This document shows positions 31,078-39,904 of a stretch of DNA of 64,000 nt, in pieces. The position numbers and the translations under genes are program-made. Origin of the DNA: a virus. Its lineage: Duplodnaviria > Caudoviricetes. Numbering within the stretch: position 1 is the stretch's first letter; each line of letters begins with the position of its first letter. The stretch covers positions 128,001 to 192,000 of the IMG/VR virus record IMGVR_UViG_2974799246_000001; one strand, 5' to 3'. Under the pieces are notes generated by a model. It worked only from the letters and a program-made list of their open reading frames with translations, searched no databases and was not told where the DNA came from.

Positions 31078-32184
31078 TCAGTCTGCCTTAGTGAGTCCCA
31101 GATACTCAATCAGATTGCGTAGCTGGTCGTTATACCCACCTTCGATTAGCGCTCTCGCCATTGACACGTGGTTGGAGTTCGCTGTACGCACTACCTTAGC
31201 CTGATAGTCAGGAACGTTTTGCATGTTCTGATTCAGGTTGTAGAAGTAGCTACGCACGAAGTTCGTTCGTTCCACGTTACTCGCTTCCATATCGCTGGTG
31301 TCCTGTGTAGGAGTCAGCAACAGGTAGAGGGCAGCAAGCAGTTCAGGACTCTGATCAACAATCGGCGAGGCGAGCGAAGCAGCAATCTTCATCAGGCCTT
31401 TTGCAACGAAGTCAACCACAGTCTTCTCGATGTACGCCGTGCCAGCTTTGCCCACGTTAGGCAGATACAGGCCAGGCAGAATGAAGATACAGAAGTACAG
31501 CGGAAAGTCTTTACGCATCACGTCGGGGATAAGCATCTCCGAGTAATCTTTCCAGATGTTCACGTTGAAGTGCCACTCATCGTATGGCACTGTACGCATC
31601 AGGTTCGATACCGATAGGTCTTTCACTTGGTTCGCCTGCGATGCAAGATCGCGAGCGCTCTGCGAAGGAGCAAGGTTCGAACTCGATACCAGTTGAACGT
31701 AGTTGCGGGTGACAACACCCACAGTGTTATACGTCACATTCAACATCTCAACGCCGTTACCGTTCAGGCCGAAGATAACAGAACGAGGAAGACCGATAGT
31801 GATGTACTCGTTGTTATTGTCCACGCCCCACAAGCGCCAGTAACGCCCGCGACCAAGTTGAGTCATAGGCTGCGGGAGAATACGGTTGGCGCGAGCTTTC
31901 AGGCAGAACGTGAAACAGATACCGCTGTCAATCATAATCACCGAATCATCTGGACGATTCGAATAACCCATCGACATATCGTTATCGGTACTGTACACGT
32001 TTACCAGAGTGAAGTTCTGAGCCTTAGTGAAAGGCATCTGCGCTTCAATCAAATAGCCGAGGACTTGTCGCAGGATAGTATCGAGCACATAAGGAGAAGC
32101 AGAACGCATTTGCTGTGGACGATACTGACCACTATACGTGTTCTCCTTGAATGTGCGATCTACCTTGAAGTGCGTCAACGCCAT
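31078..32184 (-). CDS. hypothetical (probable virion) protein
   Basis: 368-aa ORF, TAATG-coupled within a late-type operon. Confidence 0.6.
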   Translation of the reverse strand: MALTHFKVDRTFKENTYSGQYRPQQMRSASPYVLDTILRQVLGYLIEAQMPFTKAQNFTLVNVYSTDNDMSMGYSNRPDDSVIMIDSGICFTFCLKARANRILPQPMTQLGRGRYWRLWGVDNNNEYITIGLPRSVIFGLNGNGVEMLNVTYNTVGVVTRNYVQLVSSSNLAPSQSARDLASQANQVKDLSVSNLMRTVPYDEWHFNVNIWKDYSEMLIPDVMRKDFPLYFCIFILPGLYLPNVGKAGTAYIEKTVVDFVAKGLMKIAASLASPIVDQSPELLAALYLLLTPTQDTSDMEASNVERTNFVRSYFYNLNQNMQNVPDYQAKVVRTANSNHVSMARALIEGGYNDQLRNLIEYLGLTKAD

Positions 32185-33479
32185 TACTTAACCGACTGCT
32201 TGAGCAAACGTTTCTGCTGCGGGTTCAGGCCCATAACGTCTGCGATCTCATCGATCTTACGCAGCGTCAACACGCCTTTAGCAGTACCGCCAGAACCTGT
32301 CAGGCTGACCTTAACGAACTCGCGTCCGTTACGACCGTTAACGATCTGGTGAATGATACTGTTCTTACCGCCGCGGCCAGCGCGAAGTGCGGTGCTCGCC
32401 ATGCCCAGAATTTCGGTGATAGCTTCTTTCTTCTCGGTCGGGCTGAGGCCCTGCACCAGACGAACATACAGGCTATCATTCTGCACACGCACGTTGTCGA
32501 AGATCTCTTTCTTACGACCACGAATATCGTGTTGAGCATTACCCAGCTGAGTTGTATCCCGCAGGTTCTGAGTAGAGCGGTTGATTGGCTTACGTTCGCT
32601 GTAGTTCAGGAAGCCGTCAACAGCCATGAGCTGGTTGATAGTACGCTTCATTTCTGGAGCAGTAGCAATCAGACGACCCATAGGGAATGACCCAGGAACT
32701 TTCTCGTCAACGAGTGACGTCAGGAAGTTCTCACTGATACCGCTTGCAACCGCGATCGTGGTAGACAGCACCAGAGCGTAGTTCGGATAATGCAGGCCTT
32801 CTGAGTTCACGAAGTTATCAATGAACACATAGGTCTGGAAGCAGATAGGGTCAGTACCCGACGCGATGAAGGTACGTGTACGAATCTTCGAATAGTCTTC
32901 TTTATTCAGAATCTTCGACAGGTAGTTAGCGATAGTCGCAGCCAGCTTGGTGTGTTCTTTCGGAGCGCCATTCTTAACGTCGATGCTCATCAGTTTGACC
33001 AGCTTCTGCTGTTGGTTCTTCGCTTGCTCGATGACGCTCAACAGGCTCTTGGCAGCGGCATTCTGATCTTTGAACGCGCTGAAAGTTTTGCTGCTGAGAA
33101 TCTGGTAGGCAACAGACAGTTCACCGATTGCCTGAGAGAGATTGCTCACCTGTTGGTTGTACTGTGCTTTAGAACGCACGTCAGTGATATCAATCTTCGT
33201 CAGGTCAATAACCTGGTTGAGGTCAATCGCTTTAGCCTGTTTGCCTTTGATTTTACCTTCGAGATCTGCCAGCTCAACAGCCTTAGGGCTAGCGCTGACA
33301 GACAGGAGTTTCTTCGGAATAGTGACTGAGGTGGCATTAGCGATTACTTTATCAAGTACATTACGGAATTCTTTCGCTGTGCGAGCACCACGCAGGGCAG
33401 CCATATTCCCAGAGTTATAGTCAACAGATGCGCTGATACTGCTAACTTCATTGTTTTTGGCAGTCTTAGCCATGATCAT
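32184..33479 (-). CDS. putative virion head protein
   Basis: GAGG SD; CTAATTT upstream; SSISAS and SVSAS motifs. Confidence 0.6.
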   Translation of the reverse strand: MIMAKTAKNNEVSSISASVDYNSGNMAALRGARTAKEFRNVLDKVIANATSVTIPKKLLSVSASPKAVELADLEGKIKGKQAKAIDLNQVIDLTKIDITDVRSKAQYNQQVSNLSQAIGELSVAYQILSSKTFSAFKDQNAAAKSLLSVIEQAKNQQQKLVKLMSIDVKNGAPKEHTKLAATIANYLSKILNKEDYSKIRTRTFIASGTDPICFQTYVFIDNFVNSEGLHYPNYALVLSTTIAVASGISENFLTSLVDEKVPGSFPMGRLIATAPEMKRTINQLMAVDGFLNYSERKPINRSTQNLRDTTQLGNAQHDIRGRKKEIFDNVRVQNDSLYVRLVQGLSPTEKKEAITEILGMASTALRAGRGGKNSIIHQIVNGRNGREFVKVSLTGSGGTAKGVLTLRKIDEIADVMGLNPQQKRLLKQSVK

Positions 33480-33586
33480 CCTCTACTGGGTCTATTATTC
33501 ATGTCGAGTAAAAATTAGCGACTAAGGTCAGTTTTACCCAACATAGTATACTCGAACACTTTACAAATTTTGGGTGCAGAAACGAC

Positions 33587-33614
33587 AAAAGGGGCAGCCG
33601 AAGCCACCCCTTTT
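33587..33614. terminator. bidirectional-type intrinsic terminator
   Basis: AAAAGGGGCAGCCGAAGCCACCCCTTTT. Confidence 0.8.
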
Positions 33615-33644
33615 GTTTTTGTAACGTCATACCGACCAGGTCGA

Positions 33645-34316
33645 TTAAACGACTACTTTACCTTTTGCTTTGGTCTTAGCGGCTTTCTTGCCACCAGCTT
33701 TTTGCGCTGCGGTACCTTTGTGCTTAACCTGTTTAGCGGTAGTTTCTTTACCACCTTTCAGACGCGGCAGAGGTTTCAGCTTAGGCTTGACCAGAGTTAC
33801 GGCTTTCGGTGCTACTTTCGGAGTCACCAGTTTGCCGTCTTTGATGCTTGGCTTACGTGCTTTGCGCGCGGCCAGACGGGCTTTCTGTTTCAGGATCAGG
33901 TTTTTGTAACCAGCTTTCTGTTTAGCAGCCAGGTTGCTCTTAGCAACAGCCTGACGTTTCAGCAGGAGCTTACGCACTTTACCCTGGGAAACAGCGGTCG
34001 CTTTCAGGCCAGCCTGGTATTTAGCCAGACGTTCCTTCAGGCGCTGCTCGATGGATTTCGCTTTGCCTTTCTTAGCCTGCTTACGCAGGTGAGTTGCACG
34101 TTCGTTGTCGTACTTCTTCTCGGAAGCGGTACGCTTAGGTGCAGCTTTCTTAGGCTTAGCAGCCTTAGGCGCAGCGGTTTTCTTCGCAGCTTTCGGCTTA
34201 GCAGCCTTAGGAGCAGCGGCTTTCTTAGCAGCAGGTTTTTTACCAGCGGCTTTCTTAGCCTTGGAGCCGCCTTTAACCGGGTCGGTCGGGGAAGTGGTTT
34301 TGCGTTTTACGGCCAT
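33645..34316 (-). CDS. histone H1-like (PAAKK/APKAAKP repeat) DNA-condensing protein
   Basis: Extremely Lys/Ala/Pro-rich with tandem KKAAAPKAAKPK repeats; GAGG SD; has its own promoter motif and terminator. Confidence 0.75.
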   Translation of the reverse strand: MAVKRKTTSPTDPVKGGSKAKKAAGKKPAAKKAAAPKAAKPKAAKKTAAPKAAKPKKAAPKRTASEKKYDNERATHLRKQAKKGKAKSIEQRLKERLAKYQAGLKATAVSQGKVRKLLLKRQAVAKSNLAAKQKAGYKNLILKQKARLAARKARKPSIKDGKLVTPKVAPKAVTLVKPKLKPLPRLKGGKETTAKQVKHKGTAAQKAGGKKAAKTKAKGKVVV

Positions 34317-34436
34317 GATTATATCCTCAAGTTACAATTGAACTTTCGTCCTTCGGGACATTAAAGTTTTTGAAATCAGCATGTAAAAATTAGTATAATC
34401 TCTCCAGGATTCCTGAGGAAATTTCCTAAAAACTTT

Positions 34437-35510
34437 TTACATAGCAGTATACCCTATTTCAGATAACACCGCGTTAAGTTCCTTGCGAGCACTAACCCGC
34501 AAAGACTTTTTAATTCCAGAAGCCTTCAGGTATTCCTTTAGGCCATCACGTGGGTCAATATCCGCAAGCGCCAGCTCGCTAACATCAACTGTATCTATAT
34601 TATCGAGATCGACACGTTTATTCGTGGAATTTATTTGGGAAATATTTGGAACGCGAGTACGAATATCTGCTGGGATTGACACCGTATCTTTGACGACAAC
34701 ACGATATCGAATCGCAGGGTTTACCTCAAGGCGTGACCAATCCTTTTGGTTTTCAATCACAACTGTTTCGAGTCTAAAGCCTGGCTTACTATCGACAAAC
34801 TTACGCTTAACCACCAGCTCTTTGTTCTTGTACTGCGCACGGATATGAATGAATCCTTTCGGTAATGCTTCTCCAAACGTTTTCTGATACGGCGAACCAC
34901 AATACTCGAAGCGTTTCTTCTCCAGCACCTGAGCCAAGTGGATGTGCCCACTGATTGTGTAATCGCGTGGGTCTACTTTGATATCGTGTTTCGTCTTGAG
35001 TGGACGACCGTTATCGCCAAGAGCGCCAACAGCTTCAACGTGGCAGAAGTTAAGGCATGGCTTCTTGTGCTTGATACTTTCTCTTGCAGGGTGAGCCAAG
35101 AAGTTAACCACGATACCGTCAATCTCTACCTGCTCTGGACGAAGATATATGTGCAGAGACTTGAGGAAGTCCCATTCACAAAACGTTTTGATAAGGTCCA
35201 CACTGGTGCTCGTCATATCCGCCCAGTCATGGTTGCCACCACAATACCACGTATCAATGATGCCGTCATACTTCAAGAAGAACTGGAGCAGCTTACGCTT
35301 CGTATCATCGTCCATCTTGAACTTGTCAGTGATATCACCAGGAACAAAGATGTGTTTGATGCCGTGCTCCAGTGCGTACTGATAGATACGGTCGATCGTT
35401 TCAAGCTGACGGTCAATGTGATCAACAGGGAAGTGACTCGACAGGCCTTCTAAGTGCCAGTCAGAAGTTACAAGCGCTTCAAGGAAAGCCGCTACTTTGT
35501 TCTTTTTCAT
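34437..35510 (-). CDS. sbcD: SbcD/Mre11-like metallophosphoesterase nuclease
   Basis: SDWH, GDITD, GNHD, GHIH, YCGSP motifs. Confidence 0.88.
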   Translation of the reverse strand: MKKNKVAAFLEALVTSDWHLEGLSSHFPVDHIDRQLETIDRIYQYALEHGIKHIFVPGDITDKFKMDDDTKRKLLQFFLKYDGIIDTWYCGGNHDWADMTSTSVDLIKTFCEWDFLKSLHIYLRPEQVEIDGIVVNFLAHPARESIKHKKPCLNFCHVEAVGALGDNGRPLKTKHDIKVDPRDYTISGHIHLAQVLEKKRFEYCGSPYQKTFGEALPKGFIHIRAQYKNKELVVKRKFVDSKPGFRLETVVIENQKDWSRLEVNPAIRYRVVVKDTVSIPADIRTRVPNISQINSTNKRVDLDNIDTVDVSELALADIDPRDGLKEYLKASGIKKSLRVSARKELNAVLSEIGYTAM

Positions 35511-35538
35511 TGGTGTAATCCACAGGTTTCAATGTCGT

Positions 35539-36054
35539 CTATTTACAGAATCGGCTCTGGAATTTCTGCCAATCTTTCCACCAGTACTCTACGCGCCTTC
35601 CGTTTCGAAGCGCATAGTCGATGCAGTTCTGTGTGCCAGACGGTGCACCACAACATAGAGCGATCAGACGGTCTGTGTTGTCTACCATGAAATGGTTCCG
35701 CTTGTTTAGCGCAAACACCTCTTGCCCATCCATATGTACCCAGTCCTCTTTGGACGTCACGATATGAACTTCGTGGCTTTTATTCAACAGACCGTCAAGC
35801 TCAAACACACTAGACATATTCCAGCGGTTATTAAATCCGATATAAGGGATACATGACACAACACGGTGTCCTTGCTCGATAGCAGCAGTGGCGATTGCCA
35901 TGTCAAAGCCGAGAGCGCAACCAACCCAAATTTCAGTGTCGTTCTCGATACGCAGCAATCTTCTATGAGCAAAAGTATAGAGGCGGCGTTTTGCCTCAGG
36001 GCCGAAGCCACCCAGATACTGTGGGCGATGACCGGTGAAGGATAGTTTTTCCAT
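35539..36054 (-). CDS. SLOG-superfamily YspA/DUF1273-like protein
   Basis: FTGHRP, GCALGFD, IPY, RNHFMVD, SGTxNCxxYA. Confidence 0.8.
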   Translation of the reverse strand: MEKLSFTGHRPQYLGGFGPEAKRRLYTFAHRRLLRIENDTEIWVGCALGFDMAIATAAIEQGHRVVSCIPYIGFNNRWNMSSVFELDGLLNKSHEVHIVTSKEDWVHMDGQEVFALNKRNHFMVDNTDRLIALCCGAPSGTQNCIDYALRNGRRVEYWWKDWQKFQSRFCK

Positions 36055-36072
36055 GCTCTGTATTTACAGAAC

Positions 36073-36963
36073 TTACATGTCAATATCAAACGATTTTATG
36101 CTGATACCGACGTCGATTGGATATCGTTTCCCTGGAGTACAGGCTGCACCTGCATTAACTGAAAAGTCAGCACTGGTTAGCGTCAGCACTCTGTCACCAG
36201 CAATGAAAGCCATGAGATTGGGTTTCACTTGTTCCGTGTTAGGGTAAGGAGTCAGGCCACCCCTGCCTAAGTACAGTTTAGGGCGTGTGCCTTTGAGATC
36301 AGGAGGATCTGTTAGGCCACCAGATCTACTGAATGAACGTACAGTCAGAATGAATGGTTTGGTCATGTATGTAGGAGTGTCTTTGTACTCCATACGACAA
36401 TCCCACGTAGTGGCAATCGATCCTATTGCGGCATTGGTTGAACCGAAGTTCATCTCCGCTCCGAATGCAACGGCACTCTGCATAGTGAGACTACACAATG
36501 TAGCATCGTATCGAGGACGACAGTTCATATTGTTGTTAGCGATCTGGCTACGCACGTACATACCAAGATAGCCGTCACCTCCATTATATCCTTGAATGAA
36601 TCTAGGTGTCCATTCAGGGATTATCCACGACATACGATTGTTTTCTTCGCCTACTGAGTAATCCGTGTATGAGACAGGAGTACCCGATTTAGCCAACAGC
36701 AAATCATTGAATGTGTAGGGCAGATCAGGAGCAGAGAACTTCAAGTTCGTGTAGTACCTGATATAAGTTTCGTTGCCTGCAACAATCGTTGTATTGCCGT
36801 CACTGTCTAAGCAGCATCGCGCCTTTGATACGTTCGCTATCAAATCAGAAACAGAATTGAACGACGAAGGTACGCCAGAGTCTAACACGGTATCAAACAG
36901 AAATATCTCAGGAAGGTTTTGCGCTTCACTGAAATCAAAGTTGTTTCCATTAACGTATTGCAT
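36073..36963 (-). CDS. paralogous 'MQY' family fibre/virion protein 1
   Basis: Start re-assigned to ATG 36963 behind AAGGAGG. Shares N- and C-terminal motifs with 37379-38206 and 41456-42313. Confidence 0.6.
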   Translation of the reverse strand: MQYVNGNNFDFSEAQNLPEIFLFDTVLDSGVPSSFNSVSDLIANVSKARCCLDSDGNTTIVAGNETYIRYYTNLKFSAPDLPYTFNDLLLAKSGTPVSYTDYSVGEENNRMSWIIPEWTPRFIQGYNGGDGYLGMYVRSQIANNNMNCRPRYDATLCSLTMQSAVAFGAEMNFGSTNAAIGSIATTWDCRMEYKDTPTYMTKPFILTVRSFSRSGGLTDPPDLKGTRPKLYLGRGGLTPYPNTEQVKPNLMAFIAGDRVLTLTSADFSVNAGAACTPGKRYPIDVGISIKSFDIDM

Positions 36964-37003
36964 GTGAGTCCTCCTTGAGACACGTCCTTGTGTCACATAG
37001 CGA

Positions 37004-37369
37004 TTATGCCACTACTTCAAGGTCATGATCACCAGAGTTCCACACAAGCTCACGAATGTTGCGTGGCATGATGATGCAACCAGACGATGCAGTCCCCGGT
37101 GCTTTGATACTATCACCGTGCATCTGGAACGCAGAGCGGCCGAACATCACGTTCTCTTTTGCTGGAGTCAAATCCATAGCATACGGACCAGTCTTCTGAC
37201 TTTGGCGTGGAGCATTCAGTGTGTAATGCCCTACAGGCAGAGGTCCCATACCCACGATGTTCTGACTATCGTGTTTGTTCTTGTGCTCGCCTTTACCGGC
37301 ATAGCCGGTAGCGACAAGTTTATTAGCCGAGTTATACAGACGGCCTGTTGTTTGCTCATACTTCCACAT
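37004..37369 (-). CDS. Tlde1/DUF2778-like L,D-transpeptidase-fold protein
   Basis: GPLPVGHY and GRSAFQMHGD...ASSGCI (His...SxGC catalytic motif). Confidence 0.8.
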   Translation of the reverse strand: MWKYEQTTGRLYNSANKLVATGYAGKGEHKNKHDSQNIVGMGPLPVGHYTLNAPRQSQKTGPYAMDLTPAKENVMFGRSAFQMHGDSIKAPGTASSGCIIMPRNIRELVWNSGDHDLEVVA

Positions 37370-37378
37370 ATACGCTCC

Positions 37379-38206
37379 TTATAGCTCTGTGTGGTTTTTA
37401 GGGAAATCAATGTACGGGCGTGTGCCCGGTTCAAGATTCGCATCAGTTATAAAATCTACACCTGCGGTCAATCGCATAAAGACATTATCTGCCATGGCCA
37501 TTATTGCATGACTCAGATTGATGGCCTCATCCACTTGCGTGAGGTTCTCACCGAGTGCAGTGTAAGGAGTAGGTCCAGAGTTTTGATACGGACGGTTTGT
37601 ACCATTGGACGACTCGCTGGATATCTGTGTCATGCAGTCGATGAATCGCACGTCAGGAGTGATGCCAGCAAATGCAGGACTGATTGTATTGTATCTGGAC
37701 ACGTATGTAGTAGACCACGACTTGCCTGTAAGTGTCTGACCGTCAGACAGCAGATAACTGACATAGATGGATCGTCCCATGGAGGTTTCTACCTGCCATG
37801 AAGGATAGTTAAGAGTCTCAACGTCACCAGGATTTAAAACAGATACTCGGTCTTGAGGCTGATTGGTCCAATATCGAGTAGGCCCTTGTCTATAGTCTTC
37901 TCCTCCATTAGATGTATGATGGTGGATGGTACCAACATTGCGCGAAGCCGTTGTGATAGTTGGGGCATCAGCGTAAGCACCAGTACCGTTCTTGGCGTAC
38001 TTCAAAAATGTGAGGAAGTAGTTTTCGCCTAAACGGCCTCGGACAGGATTGAGTTGATTGGCTGTACCTAAGACCGTACGCGCTTGACGCAACGTATCGT
38101 CGATGGTGTCTAAGGTAAATTCAGGAAGGTCGTCTTGGTCATCAAAGAACAGGACGGCTGGATGCACCGCTTCGTTTAGAGGTGCGAAACTGGATAAATA
38201 TTGCAT
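37379..38206 (-). CDS. paralogous 'MQY' family fibre/virion protein 2
   Basis: ARTVLG...LNPVRGR...YFLTFLKY and C-terminal DF...PGTRP shared with its paralogues. Confidence 0.6.
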   Translation of the reverse strand: MQYLSSFAPLNEAVHPAVLFFDDQDDLPEFTLDTIDDTLRQARTVLGTANQLNPVRGRLGENYFLTFLKYAKNGTGAYADAPTITTASRNVGTIHHHTSNGGEDYRQGPTRYWTNQPQDRVSVLNPGDVETLNYPSWQVETSMGRSIYVSYLLSDGQTLTGKSWSTTYVSRYNTISPAFAGITPDVRFIDCMTQISSESSNGTNRPYQNSGPTPYTALGENLTQVDEAINLSHAIMAMADNVFMRLTAGVDFITDANLEPGTRPYIDFPKNHTEL

Positions 38207-38249
38207 GTTATATACCTTGGTTTTTTATTGATGTACCACGGCATAGCAC

Positions 38250-38282
38250 AAAAGGGCCTACACCTTTCGATGCAAGCCCTTT
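38250..38282 (-). terminator. intrinsic terminator
   Basis: AAAGGGC...GCCCTTT hairpin with a T-tract on the minus strand. Confidence 0.55.
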
Positions 38283-38287
38283 GGGTG

Positions 38288-38425
38288 TCAGACTATGACT
38301 GTCTTGATCACATTACGGTTCTTCTTTGGGTCGAACCATACTTCTTCAATAATCTTGCCCATGCCGAAGTTGATCATCTGCACCGTGCGTCGTGAAACGA
38401 GTTGCAGACGTTTTGACTGGAACAT
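38288..38425 (-). CDS. small hypothetical protein (45 aa)
   Basis: Below the track cutoff; AAGGAG SD; MFQSKRLQLVSRRTVQMINFGMGKIIEEVWFDPKKNRNVIKTVIV. Confidence 0.55.
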   Translation of the reverse strand: MFQSKRLQLVSRRTVQMINFGMGKIIEEVWFDPKKNRNVIKTVIV

Positions 38426-38427
38426 GA

Positions 38428-38937
38428 TTACTCCTTAATCATTTTGACACGCGTGTGGTCGAAGATACCAAACGTAGGCACATCATTGTGCTCACCTTCG
38501 TTACCTTTGATTGAGTCGTACCCAGCAAGTTTGAGTATCTTGCTAATCTCGGTGTACTCATCCCACCACATGTAGACTCGCTTATACTGAGATGCAGGTA
38601 TAAGTTTGTTTAGCGCGTCTAACCTTTTAACGAGAGTCATAGCTTCATCTTTGCCCACCATATGTAACTGGAAGGCTTCCATGATAAGCTGTTTCACTCG
38701 TCTATGAATCTCAGCGAACTTTACTTCCGTCCACAGAGAACGGAACTTCAGGCTGGCGTATCGGCCTGGGTCCGCATGAAATTTGTAGAGGCGCCCACCT
38801 TCCGCATACTTATCGGCATACGCACGATCAGGAGTTACCCAAGTCATGTGTTGCTTTTTAGCATGTTCATCTGACCAGTCTTCTGCAAGACCGCGATAGT
38901 AGATTGTGGGCGCACTCAGGCTGACGAAGACCTGCAA
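38428..38937 (-). CDS. ADP-ribosyltransferase-fold protein (ART-PolyVal-like)
   Basis: YYRG...WVTPDRAYADKYA...LY...GYDSI...FGIFD..RVK pattern typical of ART-like domains of phage polyvalent proteins; TTG start. Confidence 0.55.
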   Translation of the reverse strand: MQVFVSLSAPTIYYRGLAEDWSDEHAKKQHMTWVTPDRAYADKYAEGGRLYKFHADPGRYASLKFRSLWTEVKFAEIHRRVKQLIMEAFQLHMVGKDEAMTLVKRLDALNKLIPASQYKRVYMWWDEYTEISKILKLAGYDSIKGNEGEHNDVPTFGIFDHTRVKMIKE

Positions 38938-39894
38938 TTACTTGTCCAGACGCTCGAACTTAACGCCATCGTCACTCTGGGTAAAGCGAATGACGCCAGG
39001 GATTTCGAAGCCATCGCGGTTCTTCTGCACAGGAATCTTTTTGTCTTCCAGGTGCATACGCAGTTCGGTCATGACGATGTTGTTCTTACCGATTGCTTTG
39101 CCTTTCAGGCCTTTCGCGTTGTAAGTCACATCACCAGATTTCGTCTTCGTATTGAACTTGATGCCGACAGTATCGAGCAGGTCAGGCAGCGCTTTATGGA
39201 CTTTAGCAGACAGTTCGCCTGGGTCCATCTTCGCAGCTTTGGCGCGGGCTGGTGACTTAGCGCCCGCCACAACGCCTTTACGTGCTTTGTTAGGAGCAGC
39301 TTTCTGCGTTTTCTTAACAGCAGCGCGAGGTCCCATGCCAGGTTTAGCCGTAGACTTCTTCTGACCGATAGCGTCGAAAGCAGCTTCTTTCAAGAACTTC
39401 GGTTTGAAGGTACCACGCTTACCTGTAACGCCGAACTCAGTCAATTTGGTAGAGCGGATTGCTTTCAGTGCCTTGTCAGCACCTACACCAGTTTTGATAT
39501 CAGCAGCAGACAGAGGTAGATTCAGACCACCCAGACCGTGAGCTTTAGCAACCTTGTTCGCTTCCCGCAGAGCAGCCTTAGCCGTTTTGATTTCGGCAGT
39601 AGCTTTCGCCTTCTCAGTTTTACGAGTGGCCATCAGCTTGGTGCGCTTATCACCACGAGGCAGTTGGCGAGCCTTTGTCGCAGCAGTGTTGGACTTGATT
39701 GAGGCAGTAATGCCGGCAACAGCAGCAGTCTTAGCTTTTTTCAAATGACCAACAACAGCCTGTAATTCTGCTTTCTTGGCAGAGTTGACAAGCAGCGTAG
39801 TAACGCCACCGAACTTATGCACACGGTATGCAGGTTTCTTTGCAGCGGATTCTGACACCAGAGAGTCAGCAATATTGATACGAATGAGAGCCAT
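38938..39894 (-). CDS. Lys/Ala-rich putative internal head protein
   Basis: Start re-assigned to ATG 39894 (MALIRINIADSLVSESAA) behind AAGGA. Confidence 0.65.
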   Translation of the reverse strand: MALIRINIADSLVSESAAKKPAYRVHKFGGVTTLLVNSAKKAELQAVVGHLKKAKTAAVAGITASIKSNTAATKARQLPRGDKRTKLMATRKTEKAKATAEIKTAKAALREANKVAKAHGLGGLNLPLSAADIKTGVGADKALKAIRSTKLTEFGVTGKRGTFKPKFLKEAAFDAIGQKKSTAKPGMGPRAAVKKTQKAAPNKARKGVVAGAKSPARAKAAKMDPGELSAKVHKALPDLLDTVGIKFNTKTKSGDVTYNAKGLKGKAIGKNNIVMTELRMHLEDKKIPVQKNRDGFEIPGVIRFTQSDDGVKFERLDK

Positions 39895-39904
39895 TTTGTT
39901 TTCC

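Noticed and set aside
34130-34265. Tandem GCAGCCTTAGG-like DNA repeats
   Set aside because: Encode the AAPKAAKPK repeats of the H1-like protein; no spacers, so not CRISPR.
34340-34370. GTCC-CGAA-GGAC-GAAA in the H1-like 5' UTR resembling hammerhead stem II plus GAAA
   Set aside because: The required CUGAnGA core is not adjacent (CTTTAAT instead). It is better read as a simple UTR hairpin.
34370-34399. Plus-strand sigma70-like TTGAAA-N18-TATAAT
   Set aside because: Points antisense into sbcD, has no downstream gene, and lies in AT-rich DNA overlapping the CTAATTT motif; likely chance.
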